Made by a program: the position numbers and the translations under genes | Origin: Candidatus Methylomirabilia bacterium | GTDB taxonomy: Bacteria > Methylomirabilota > Methylomirabilia > Rokubacteriales > CSP1-6 | Length of the DNA stretch: 16,387 nucleotides | Direction of reading: 5' to 3' | Assembly: GCA_041492755.1 (NCBI GenBank) | Contig: JBGPXN010000095.1 | Location: forward strand, 1-16,387 | The notes under the pieces: model-generated | Told to the model about the DNA's origin: nothing | Database searches by the model: none | What the model saw: the letters and a program-made list of their open reading frames with translations, nothing else | Part shown: piece after piece, positions 1-7,687 of the stretch | Layout: each line of letters starts with the position of its first letter | How positions within the stretch are numbered: position 1 is the stretch's first letter

Positions 1-918
1 CCGGTTGACCCGGGTGATCACGGTGCGCGCCAGCGAGTCGAGGTCGGTCAGCGTCTGCTTGACGATTCCCGTGGAGAGATTGCGCGCGTCCGCGGTGCCC
101 GCGAGGGCGCCACTCAGCGGTGTCACCGCGGTGGCGGCCACACCCGCCGTGAGATCGACCGTGTCGGTGACCGAGTTCAGGGTTGCGGTGAGCTGCGCGG
201 TGGTGGTCCCGTCCACGAGGAGGATGCCCGAGCCGGCGAGCGCGACCTGGACCGTTCCGTCCGGCCGGTCACTCGTGCTCACGCCGACGATCTCGTTCAG
301 CCGGCTCACCAGCTGGTCGCGCCGGTCGAGCAGGTCGTTGGGGCTGGCTCCGGTCTGGGCAATCGCGATCTGCCGGTGCAAATCCGCGATCTGGGTCAGG
401 AGGCTGTTGGCCTCGGTCACCTGACTCTGGATCTCGGTCGTGAGGTCGGTCTTGAGCTGGGACACCCGCGAGCGCACCGCGGTGAAGGTCGAGGCCACGC
501 GCGCGCCGGCGTCGACCACCGTGGCCCGCACCGCCTGATCGGTCGGGCTGGTGGCGACGTCCTCGAGGCCCTGGAAGAACTGATCGAGCACGGTCCCGAT
601 CCCCGCCCCCGACGTCTCGGTGACGATACCCTCGAGGCGCTGGAGCAGATCGGCCTGGGCCTGGCTCTTGCCGAGCGCCTGCTGCTCTCTCTGCACCGCG
701 GCATCGGCGAACCGATCGCGCAGGCGCTGGATCGCGGCGACGTCGACACCGTTCTGGGTGCCCACGCTCACCAGCTCGGCTCGCTGCCGGGTGTAGCCCG
801 GCGTGGCGACGTTGGCGAGATTGTGACCGACGGTCTGCAGGGCGGACTGCTGAGCTTGCAGGGCGCGCCGCGCGACGTTGAGTGTCCCGAAAATGTTCAC
901 GGGATAGATGGCTGACAT
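1..918 (-). CDS. flgK: Flagellar hook-associated protein FlgK (5' portion; runs off the left edge)
   Basis: Not in the ORF track because there is no stop in the window. Manual translation from ATG at 918 (overlapping the flgN TGA): MSAIYPVNIFGTLNVARGALQAQQSALQTVGHNLANVATPGYTRQRAEL...VDVAAIQRLRDRFAD...LDQFFQGLEDVATSPTDQAVR. This has the axial-protein NLANxxTPGYTRQR motif and lies after flgMN. Confidence 0.95.
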   Translation of the reverse strand, partial: MSAIYPVNIFGTLNVARRALQAQQSALQTVGHNLANVATPGYTRQRAELVSVGTQNGVDVAAIQRLRDRFADAAVQREQQALGKSQAQADLLQRLEGIVTETSGAGIGTVLDQFFQGLEDVATSPTDQAVRATVVDAGARVASTFTAVRSRVSQLKTDLTTEIQSQVTEANSLLTQIADLHRQIAIAQTGASPNDLLDRRDQLVSRLNEIVGVSTSDRPDGTVQVALAGSGILLVDGTTTAQLTATLNSVTDTVDLTAGVAATAVTPLSGALAGTADARNLSTGIVKQTLTDLDSLARTVITRVNR

Positions 919-1415
919 CAGGCCCGCCGATCCACGAGGGCGACGGCCGGGGGGGCTTCGCCGTGTCGACCCTGCCGCCCGTACGTGGGCGACGGGCTCA
1001 GCACGCTCACGATGTGCGCGAGCAACGATTCGAGATACTCGCCCGAGCGGGCGACGAGGAACGCGTTCCCCTGATTGACGACGCTCAGCCGGGTCAGCAC
1101 GGCGCGAAGGTCGTTGCGAATCGCGCCAAGGCGTGGGGGAGGATCGGGCAGCCGCGCGGCGAGCGTGGACAGCGTCACCGCGCTCGGGGCCAGGCCGAGA
1201 TCGCCGGCCACGCGCGCGACCAATCGCCGGCGGCCGTGTTCGAGGCCGCCGAGACGCTCGGCCACCGCTTCCTGGCGACGGGCCAGTTCGGCGACGCGGG
1301 TCGCGTCGGCGTCGAGCAACGCGCGCTGCTGATCCTCGAGAACGGGCAGCAGGCGCCCGAGCTCCTGCGCCTCTTCACTGAGCAGGTCGAGCAGGTCGTC
1401 GACGGCGCCGGTCAT
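918..1415 (-). CDS. flgN: Flagellar export chaperone FlgN
   Basis: 165-aa helical, Leu-rich protein (LLPVLEDQQRAL...VVNQGNAFLV...PTYGRQG...LVDRRA) between flgM and flgK, which is the canonical position. C-terminal TY..G and D..A motifs fit FlgN. Confidence 0.85.
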   Translation of the reverse strand: MTGAVDDLLDLLSEEAQELGRLLPVLEDQQRALLDADATRVAELARRQEAVAERLGGLEHGRRRLVARVAGDLGLAPSAVTLSTLAARLPDPPPRLGAIRNDLRAVLTRLSVVNQGNAFLVARSGEYLESLLAHIVSVLSPSPTYGRQGRHGEAPPAVALVDRRA

Positions 1416-1747
1416 TCAGGCGTGTCAGCCCCGAGCAGAGAGGCGACGGTGGCGTCGCGCAGCATGGCGGCGGCAATGTCCTCGCCGCTGGCGTCGTAGG
1501 CGCCGCCGGCGACAAGCTTCGCCAGACGGTCCACGCGCGCGCTGCGCCCCGGGTCGTTGACGTCTTCCACCCGGGGACGAAGCCTCCGGAACTCCTCGGC
1601 TCGTGGCGAGAGGGTCAGACCGTCGGAGGAGACGGGCGCACCGGCCGGCGCACGCCCGCCTGTCCCGACAAGCCGTCCGCGGGGAGACGGCTGAACGGGG
1701 GTCAGATGCCCCGCCTTCGTGGGCAACCCCTTCGGGTCGATGTTCAT
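1412..1747 (-). CDS. flgM: Anti-sigma-28 factor FlgM
   Basis: 111 aa with DGLTLSPRA and C-terminal RSARVDRLAKLVAGGAYDASGEDIAAAML, the FlgM C-terminal pattern. Lies upstream of flgN. Confidence 0.88.
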   Translation of the reverse strand: MNIDPKGLPTKAGHLTPVQPSPRGRLVGTGGRAPAGAPVSSDGLTLSPRAEEFRRLRPRVEDVNDPGRSARVDRLAKLVAGGAYDASGEDIAAAMLRDATVASLLGADTPE

Positions 1748-2145
1748 CGGAGCTCTGTCTCCAACGGTCCTGGCCTCTCGTTCTCAGAAATCGGCCCACT
1801 CGTCGGGGGACTTGAGGCCTTTTTTTCTTCCTTGGGGAGGCTACGGACCAGGTCGCGCACAAGCACGTCAGCCAACCCGAGGCCCCCGCCCCGGGAGATG
1901 GACTTGGCCAGCTCATCGTCCAGCAAATCTCGATACATACGCTCGCCGGACCCGCCGCCCGGGCCGGGCCCGGACGAGGCGGACTGGCGCATGGTCTTGA
2001 GCATGTGGTTCAGGAACACCGACTCGAAGTCCTGGGCCGCCTTTCGGAGCTTGGCCAGCTCGGCCGGGCTCGGGGGGGCCTCGTTCTTGACGGCCCGGGG
2101 GATGGCCAGGACGGGCTTGGGGACGATCGGCGAGGCGGAGGCCAT
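1744..2145 (-). CDS. flgJ: Rod-binding protein FlgJ (single domain, no muramidase domain)
   Basis: LRKAAQDFESVFLNHMLKTMR...MYRDLLDDELAKSISRGGGLGLADVL is the Rod-binding domain pattern. Follows flgI with a TAATG overlap. Confidence 0.9.
   Translation of the reverse strand: MASASPIVPKPVLAIPRAVKNEAPPSPAELAKLRKAAQDFESVFLNHMLKTMRQSASSGPGPGGGSGERMYRDLLDDELAKSISRGGGLGLADVLVRDLVRSLPKEEKKASSPPTSGPISENERPGPLETELR
1790..1817 (-). promoter_or_regulatory. Putative sigma28 (FliA) promoter for flgM-flgN-flgK, inside the flgJ 3' end
   Basis: Minus strand reads CCTCAAG-TCCCCCGACGAGTGG-GCCGAT(TT), i.e. TCAAG-N15-GCCGAT, about 40 nt upstream of the flgM ATG. Resembles the sigma28 consensus TAAA-N15/16-GCCGATAA. 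An internal sigma28 promoter before flgM is a known arrangement. Confidence 0.75.
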
Positions 2146-3413
2146 TACATGATCTCCAGCTCGGCGGCCAGGGCCCCGGACTGGCGGATCGCCTGCAGGA
2201 TCGAAATGAGATCGCGCGGCGTCACGCCCAGGGCGTTGAGCGCCTGGACGACGTCGCCGATGCTGACCCCTTCCGGCACGATGGCGAGCCGGCTCTTTTC
2301 CTCCTTGATCGTCACCTCGCTCCTCGGCACCACGACCGTCGCCGCGCCTCGCGGCGCGAACGGCTGCGGCTGGGAGACTTCCTTCTGCTCGCGGATCTGG
2401 ATGGTCAGATTGCCGTGGGCGATGGCGACGGTCGCGATGCGGAGCTGGCTGCCCATGATGATGGTGCCGGTGCGCTCGTTGATGACCACGCGGGCCGGCG
2501 CGTCGATCTGCAGCGTCGCCGTTTCGATGCGGGCGATGAACTCCATGAGCCGCGGCTGCTCGGCCACGGGCACCCTGACGATGACCGTCGAGGGATCCAC
2601 CGCGCGCGCCACCTCGCCAGCCACGCCGTTGACGGCCTGGGCCAGGCGCACGGCCGTGGTGAAGTCCGGCGCGCGGAGGTTCAGCGTGACCGCGTTGGGA
2701 TCGAGCGCCATCGGCACCTCACGCTCGACGATGGCGCCGTTCGGGATGCGGCCGACGGTGGGGTGGTTCTTCTGAACGGTGTCACCGCCCTGGCCCGACG
2801 CCACGATGCCCCCCACGGACACCGGACCCTGCGCGAGCGCGTACACGCGGCCGTCGGGACCGAGCAGTGGCGTGAGCAGCAGCGTCCCGCCCTGCAGCGT
2901 GCTGGCGTCCCCCAGCGAGGACACGGTCGCGTCCAGCGTCGCGCCCGAGCGGATGAACGGCGGCAGCTTGGCGGTGACGATCACCGCCGCCGTGTTCTTG
3001 ATGTCGATCCGCTCGACCGGCACGGTGACGCCGAGCCGCTGGAGCATGCTCACGATGGCCTGCGGCGTGAACGGGCTGTTGGTCGACTTGTCGCCCGTGC
3101 CCTGCAGGCCGACGACGAGGCCGTAGCCGTACAGGCTGTTCTCCCGCACCCCCTGCACGCGCGCGACGTCCTTCACCCGCACCTGCCCGAACGCCGGCAC
3201 CGCGGCGATGAGCACCGCGATCGCAAGCGTGACTAGCAGCGCGACGAGCGCAGCGAGGCGCGCGTCATGATCGAACCACCCGAACAACCGCCAAGCCGCA
3301 CGGCGATCAAAACGACCCAGATGCGAGGCGGCGACGCCGCGACGACCGAGGCGTACTCCGAGTACGCCGCAGGGAGGAGCAAGGAGCCAACGAAGCAGAT
3401 GGGTCGTTTTCAT
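2145..3413 (-). CDS. flgI: Flagellar P-ring protein FlgI, with an extended N-terminus
   Basis: VRVKDVARVQGVRENSLYGYGLVVGLQGTGD...LGDASTLQGGTLLLTPL...VVINERTGTIIMG...DLISILQAIRQSGALAAELEIM. Start placed at ATG 3413, just after the flgH stop, rather than 3515, which lies inside flgH. The exact start is uncertain. Confidence 0.95.
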   Translation of the reverse strand: MKTTHLLRWLLAPPCGVLGVRLGRRGVAASHLGRFDRRAAWRLFGWFDHDARLAALVALLVTLAIAVLIAAVPAFGQVRVKDVARVQGVRENSLYGYGLVVGLQGTGDKSTNSPFTPQAIVSMLQRLGVTVPVERIDIKNTAAVIVTAKLPPFIRSGATLDATVSSLGDASTLQGGTLLLTPLLGPDGRVYALAQGPVSVGGIVASGQGGDTVQKNHPTVGRIPNGAIVEREVPMALDPNAVTLNLRAPDFTTAVRLAQAVNGVAGEVARAVDPSTVIVRVPVAEQPRLMEFIARIETATLQIDAPARVVINERTGTIIMGSQLRIATVAIAHGNLTIQIREQKEVSQPQPFAPRGAATVVVPRSEVTIKEEKSRLAIVPEGVSIGDVVQALNALGVTPRDLISILQAIRQSGALAAELEIM

Positions 3414-3418
3414 CGCCG
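3301..3418. repeat. 118-bp palindromic (MITE/REP-like) element overlapping the flgI 5' end
   Basis: Terminal inverted repeats 3301-3324 (CGGCGATCAAAACGACCCAGATGC) and 3395-3418 (GCAGATGGGTCGTTTTCATCGCCG) match at 21/24. Central perfect hairpin GGCGTACT-CCG-AGTACGCC at 3350-3368. Confidence 0.8.
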
Positions 3419-3420
3419 GG

Positions 3421-4026
3421 CTAGAAGATCTTGATCCAGTCGAGGATTCGGAAGAGGATGCCCGGGTTCTGCGCTTCATCGAGCACACCCTTGCCGACGA
3501 GCTGCACCTCGGCATCCGCGACCTGGCTGGAGAGGATCGTGTTGGCGCCGGAGATGTCCTGGGGCCGGACGACGCCGCTGATCGTGATGATCTGCGTCTC
3601 CTGGTTCACGAGCACCGCGCGCCGGCCCTCGATGACCAGGTTGCCGTTGTCCAGCACCTTGACCACGCGGGCGGCGATCTGGCCGCTCACCTTGTCGGTG
3701 CGATCGATCGAGCCCTTGCCCTGGTGCGCGGACTTGCCCGCGATGTCGAACTTGCTGTTCTCGCGGAGCGCCGAGGTCGCGGACTGGCGGCCGAAGCCGG
3801 GGAACTCGTTGATGCCGGCGGTCCGGCTCGTGTCCGTCGACGTGGTCGTGTTGGCCGTGCGCGACGTGCTCGACTGCTCCACGATGAGCACGGTGACGAT
3901 GTCGTTGACCGCGCGCGCCTTGAGATCGACGAAGAGGGAGGCGCCCGGAGCCCCTTCGCGGTAGAGCGACTGGCCGAAGGCGGGCATGGCGGTGACCAGC
4001 AGTGTGGCCAGGACGATCGATCTCAT
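3421..4026 (-). CDS. flgH: Flagellar L-ring protein FlgH
   Basis: SLFVDLKARAVNDIVTVLIVE...IAARVVKVLDNGNLVIEGRR...ISGVVRPQDISGANTILSSQVADA...PGILFRILD. Lies between flgA and flgI. Confidence 0.95.
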   Translation of the reverse strand: MRSIVLATLLVTAMPAFGQSLYREGAPGASLFVDLKARAVNDIVTVLIVEQSSTSRTANTTTSTDTSRTAGINEFPGFGRQSATSALRENSKFDIAGKSAHQGKGSIDRTDKVSGQIAARVVKVLDNGNLVIEGRRAVLVNQETQIITISGVVRPQDISGANTILSSQVADAEVQLVGKGVLDEAQNPGILFRILDWIKIF

Positions 4027-5021
4027 CGTTGGCTCCCGTGGATCACGCGCACGACCCCGGGGCCCTCCACCAGGCCCAGCACGTCGCGCTGGGAGGTGGG
4101 ATTCACGACGCGCACCGGATCGCCCCGCCGCGCGTCGTCGCGCGCGAGGCCCTGGGTGGTGATGCGGAACTGGGCGCTCTCCAGCAGCAACGTCACGGTT
4201 TCGCCACGGCGGACGGCGAGCTTCGGACGGAGCTGGCGCTGCGTCACGACTTCGCCGGCGCGGATGATGCCCATGGGCTCCACGTCGGCGGGACCGGTCA
4301 GCTCGGCCAGGGCGTCGAACGGCACCTCGGTCGACGGCCGGGACTCCACGCGGAAATCGGTGGCGGCCAGGACCGTGCGCGGATCGAGCGTGCGCGTCGC
4401 GATGACGACGGTCTGCATCCGTCCCACGCGGAAGTTGACGGGTATGGACTGGTACTCCCGCCCGTTCACCCGGACGGCGACCGTCCCCGCGACGAACGTC
4501 ACCGGCGGCGTCACGTCCTGGATGCGTGCGGTCAGCTCGACGTCGCCCGTGGGCAGGCGCACGTCGGACGGCCGCGTCACCGGCGTGAGCGCATAGGGGC
4601 CGGAAAGCGAGCCCGGCGGCTCGATCTCTTGCAGCCGCACCATCGCTTGCCGGCTGACCGCCTCCACGAGCGCGGCGCTCGGCAGGACCTGATACGCGCG
4701 GGTCACCACCACGCGCTCCGGCACCACCAGCTGCACCTTGGTGAGGTCGATCTGCGGCTGGCGCAGGCGCAAGCGCAGCGAATCGGCGTCGAGCCGATGC
4801 TGGCCACCGGGAACCGGGGATGGGCCCAGACGCAGTGCGCGCACCCGCGAGGCGAGCGGCTCGTCGCCCTCGACGGCGGCGACGTCGGCGATGACGATCT
4901 CGTCCTTGTGCACGACGCTCTCGGGCGCCACCCGGACGGTGACACCGGCGTGCGCGGCCCCGCAGGCATGCACGAAGGCCGCGATGGCGGCGCCAAGGAG
5001 GAGCGTCCCGCGCATGATCAC
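4023..5021 (-). CDS. flgA: P-ring assembly chaperone FlgA (long form)
   Basis: Signal peptide and C-terminal SAF/FlgA region AVRRGETVTL...ITTQGLARDDARRGDPVRVVNPTSQRDVLGLVEGPGVV. Lies between flgG and flgH. Start is GTG 5021 or ATG 5015. Confidence 0.9.
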   Translation of the reverse strand: MIMRGTLLLGAAIAAFVHACGAAHAGVTVRVAPESVVHKDEIVIADVAAVEGDEPLASRVRALRLGPSPVPGGQHRLDADSLRLRLRQPQIDLTKVQLVVPERVVVTRAYQVLPSAALVEAVSRQAMVRLQEIEPPGSLSGPYALTPVTRPSDVRLPTGDVELTARIQDVTPPVTFVAGTVAVRVNGREYQSIPVNFRVGRMQTVVIATRTLDPRTVLAATDFRVESRPSTEVPFDALAELTGPADVEPMGIIRAGEVVTQRQLRPKLAVRRGETVTLLLESAQFRITTQGLARDDARRGDPVRVVNPTSQRDVLGLVEGPGVVRVIHGSQR

Positions 5022-5812
5022 TAGCGCCTCATCAGGTTGTTCGAGATGCTGAGCATGTCGTCGGCGGTCTGGATCGCCTTCGAGTTGGCCTCGTACGCGC
5101 GCTGGCTGGTGATCATGTTCACCATTTCCTCGACCACCTTGACGTTGGCGAGCTCGAGGAAGCCGGCGCTGAGCGTGCCGAGCCCCGCCGTGCCGGCGCT
5201 GCCGACCACGGCGTTCCCGGACGCGGCGCTCGGCGTGTAGAGATTGCGGCCGATGGCCAACAGGCCGGCCGGGTTCACGAACTGCGCGAGCTGGATCGTG
5301 CCCACCGTCGACGCCGCCGTCTGGCCGGCGAGAATCACCGACACCGTCCCATCGCTGCCGACGGTGACGGACTTGGCATCGGTCGGGAGCACGATGTTCG
5401 GTGAGAGCACGAACCCGTCGGAGTTGACCACGCGCCCCGAGCCGTCCTTCTTGAACGCGCCCGAGCGCGTGTAAGCCGTCGTGCCGTCCGGACGCGTGAC
5501 CTGGAAAAACCCGTCGCCCTCGATGACCATGTCGAGCGGGTTTTCCGTCTGCTGGAAGTCACCCTGGCTGAAGATCCGCTGGGTGGCGACCGCCCGCGAG
5601 CCGTGACCGACCTGGATCCCGGTCGGCACCTGCGACCCCGACGCTGCCAACGTGCCCGGCGCCTTGAAGGTCTGGTAGAGCAGGTCCGCGAAGTCCACGC
5701 GGGTGCGCTTGAAACCCGTGGTGTTCACGTTCGCCAGGTTGTTGGCGATGGTGTCCAGGTTGAGCTGCTGGGCCTGCATGCCCGAGGACGAGGAATAGAG
5801 AGCTCGTATCAT
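5021..5812 (-). CDS. flgG: Flagellar distal rod protein FlgG
   Basis: MIRALYSSSSGMQAQQLNLDTIANNLANVNTTGFKR...GIQVGHG...YTRSGAF...GFLELANVKVVEEMVNMITSQRAYEANSKAIQTADDML; 263 aa. Confidence 0.97.
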   Translation of the reverse strand: MIRALYSSSSGMQAQQLNLDTIANNLANVNTTGFKRTRVDFADLLYQTFKAPGTLAASGSQVPTGIQVGHGSRAVATQRIFSQGDFQQTENPLDMVIEGDGFFQVTRPDGTTAYTRSGAFKKDGSGRVVNSDGFVLSPNIVLPTDAKSVTVGSDGTVSVILAGQTAASTVGTIQLAQFVNPAGLLAIGRNLYTPSAASGNAVVGSAGTAGLGTLSAGFLELANVKVVEEMVNMITSQRAYEANSKAIQTADDMLSISNNLMRR

Positions 5813-6540
5813 TAGACCACCGTCCCGATTTGATTTGCGGCCGTCTGGTTGGCTTCTTCGAGCGCCTGCAACGCCTTCTGGGCGGCCTCGTACGATCGCA
5901 AGACTCCGATCATGCTCACCATCGCTTCGACCGAGTTGACGTTCGAGCCTTCCACCGCGCCGCTCACGACTTGCGCCGTGGTGGCTTCGGGCGCGATGCC
6001 CTCGGCGGGGACGTAGAGATTCGAGCCTTCCTTGAGGAGCTGGTACGGCTTGGGGAAGTCCACGATCTTCAGGGCGCCGATCACCTGCTCACCGTCGCGG
6101 ATCTCGCCCTGCCCGGTGATCGTGAAGTTCGGCGAGCGCAGTACGATCGGCCCGGACACGCCTTGCACCGGATAGCCGTCGCCGGTCGTGAGCGCGCCGT
6201 CGCCGCCGAGCGTGAAGGCGCCGGATCGCGTGTAGCGCGTGCCCGCCGGCGTTTCGACGACGAAGAAGCCGGAGCCATCGAGCGCCACGTCGAGATTGCG
6301 TCCCGTGTGCTGAATCGGACCCTGGGTGTAGTCCGTGTACTGGATCGCGGGCTGCGTGCCCACGAGCGCCAGGTTGAGTCCGGAGGCGACGGTCTGGGCG
6401 GTGGCGCTATCGGGAAGGGCGATGACGTCGTCGCGCTTGAAGGCGGTCGTGGAGGTGTTCGCGAGGTTGTTCGCGAGCACTTCGTGGCGCTGCCAGAGCG
6501 CCTGCATTCCCGAGAGAAGCGTATCGACACCCGCGATCAC
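5812..6540 (-). CDS. flgF: Flagellar proximal rod protein FlgF
   Basis: LANNLANTSTTAFKRD...QGPIQHTGRNLDVALDGSGFF...YTRSGAF...GAVEGSNVNSVEAMVSMI; 242 aa, immediately upstream of flgG. GTG start. Confidence 0.92.
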   Translation of the reverse strand: MIAGVDTLLSGMQALWQRHEVLANNLANTSTTAFKRDDVIALPDSATAQTVASGLNLALVGTQPAIQYTDYTQGPIQHTGRNLDVALDGSGFFVVETPAGTRYTRSGAFTLGGDGALTTGDGYPVQGVSGPIVLRSPNFTITGQGEIRDGEQVIGALKIVDFPKPYQLLKEGSNLYVPAEGIAPEATTAQVVSGAVEGSNVNSVEAMVSMIGVLRSYEAAQKALQALEEANQTAANQIGTVV

Positions 6541-6555
6541 GGCATCCGTGGAATC

Positions 6556-6571
6556 GCAAGCGAGGGGCCAA
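6556..6571 (-). promoter_or_regulatory. Putative sigma54 -24/-12 promoter of the flgF operon
   Basis: Minus strand TTGGCCCCTCGCTTGC has GG-N10-GC spacing with TTGC at -12, 15 nt upstream of the flgF GTG. Confidence 0.65.
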
Positions 6572-6635
6572 GCCAGCGGTCGCGCGTGATTCGTGGCGAT
6601 TCACACAGTTGCGCCGGCACACCGCGGTGCGGGCC

Positions 6636-6661
6636 CGGCAACCCCGGCAAGTCTTGCCGGG
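6636..6661. promoter_or_regulatory. Putative enhancer (sigma54 activator) binding site upstream of flgF
   Basis: Perfect palindrome CCCGGCAAG-T-CTTGCCGGG (6643-6661) plus an extra CGGCAA half-site (6636-6641), about 65-90 bp upstream of the -24 box. Confidence 0.55.
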
Positions 6662-6671
6662 ATTCGTCAAT

Positions 6672-6803
6672 GTCGGGGGGAGCAAACCGCGCTCCCCCCG
6701 ACGCCCCCCACGCGGTCGCTGCAGAGGTGCGGGGCCGCCTACCTACTTCATCGGCCGGTGAGACGCCGAACTACAGTCACGGATGCGGCGGCCCGGCCGC
6801 CGC
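6672..6803. repeat. Intergenic GC hairpin element (REP-like); may also act as a terminator for the PEGA gene
   Basis: 12-bp perfect stem GTCGGGGGGAGC/GCTCCCCCCGAC (6672-6702), followed by a C6 tract, then an 8-bp stem GCGGCGGC/GCCGCCGC (6785-6803). Confidence 0.6.
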
Positions 6804-6817
6804 TCGAACGCAACCGC

Positions 6818-7429
6818 TCAGGGAGCCGGGACAATGAAGTAGCCACCGCCCGAGCGTGACGGCACCGGCGCGGGCAGCGCGCGCGGCAAGACGTAGTACC
6901 CGGTCTCGAGTTGAGCGCTCGGCCCCTCGGCCTGGAGCGAAAGCCGCACGGCGATGTTCTGACCGGACACGAACGCGATCGTCGTACTGGCCGGACGAAA
7001 GCCGGCGGCCACCATCTCGATGCGATGGAAGCCCGGCGCGATCGCGATGGTGCGGCCCCCGCCGGTGCCCGCGGTGATCGGTCCCAGCGACTCGCCATCG
7101 AGCAACACGTTGGCGTTCACGGGCTCGACTTCGAGGGTCAGCAACGCCCAGCCCGGGGGCAGCGGCAGGATCGATGACGTGGGCGCGGACGGAGGCGAAG
7201 GCGCGGTGGGCACGGCGGGGACTCCCGGCGCAACGGCTCCGGCGGGAACCCCGGGCTCGCCCGGCGACGTCTGGGGAACGACCGGCCGGCCAGACGCGTC
7301 CAGGGGCACGTAGACCTGGCCGGGAGCGCGAGGAACGCGCACGACGCCGCCCTGGGCGAATGCATGTCCGGCCGGCGCCATCACGACCGCAGCGCTCAGG
7401 ATCACGCTCGCGAGCCCATGTTTCCGCAC
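6818..7429 (-). CDS. Secreted PEGA-like domain protein with a Pro-rich linker
   Basis: 3' part of the 6818..8395 ORF. GTG at 7429 is preceded by GAGG. Signal peptide (RKHGLASVILSAAVVMAPAGHAFA-Q), a Pro/Ala-rich stretch, then LTLEVEPVNANVLLDGESLG...IAPGFHRIEMVAAGFRP...VSGQNIAVRLSL, the PEGA pattern. Confidence 0.8.
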   Translation of the reverse strand: MRKHGLASVILSAAVVMAPAGHAFAQGGVVRVPRAPGQVYVPLDASGRPVVPQTSPGEPGVPAGAVAPGVPAVPTAPSPPSAPTSSILPLPPGWALLTLEVEPVNANVLLDGESLGPITAGTGGGRTIAIAPGFHRIEMVAAGFRPASTTIAFVSGQNIAVRLSLQAEGPSAQLETGYYVLPRALPAPVPSRSGGGYFIVPAP

Positions 7430-7454
7430 GGTGCGCCTCGCTTTCGAGGTCACG

Positions 7455-7482
7455 ATCGGCCCGTTCATCCGGGCGCTTGAGG
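7455..7482 (-). promoter_or_regulatory. Putative sigma28 promoter of the PEGA gene
   Basis: Minus strand CCTCAAG-CGCCCGGATGAACGG-GCCGAT has boxes and 15-nt spacer length identical to the motif upstream of flgM (1790-1817). It ends 25 nt before the GTG at 7429. Confidence 0.7.
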
Positions 7483-7490
7483 TGGGCTGG

Positions 7491-7581
7491 CGGTCAATTT
7501 CTTGCCGACCGGTCACGGGCGAGCCGGCCGGTCTGGCCACATCCTGGCCGGCCGGCAAGGGCACACCGGCAGATCTTGCCG
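7491..7581. promoter_or_regulatory. Cluster of CGGCAA/TTGCCG putative activator sites upstream of the bactofilin sigma54 promoter
   Basis: GGTCAA-TTTC-TTGCCG (7492-7507), CGGCAA (7553-7558) and CGGCAGATCTTGCCG (7567-7581). The last matches CGGCAAGTCTTGCCG at 6645-6659 at 13/15. Confidence 0.5.
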
Positions 7582-7612
7582 TTCTCAAAGGCATTTCTAG
7601 CCCAGGCGAGCA

Positions 7613-7627
7613 TGGCACTCCTTTTGC
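7613..7627 (+). promoter_or_regulatory. Putative sigma54 -24/-12 promoter of the bactofilin pair
   Basis: TGGCAC-TCCTT-TTGC matches the TGGCAC-N5-TTGC consensus, about 60 nt upstream of the bactofilin start. Confidence 0.8.
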
Positions 7628-7687
7628 CCCTAGTGGAGCCGACGCGGGCGGGGGCCCGCACAAATCGACGACGGAATGGAGGCGCAC

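Noticed and set aside
1744..2145. FlgJ lacking a muramidase domain as a novelty
   Set aside because: Single-domain FlgJ is common outside beta/gamma-proteobacteria.
3414..3515. Longer FlgI start at 3515
   Set aside because: It overlaps the flgH 3' end out of frame and gives a Ser-rich, non-protein-like sequence.
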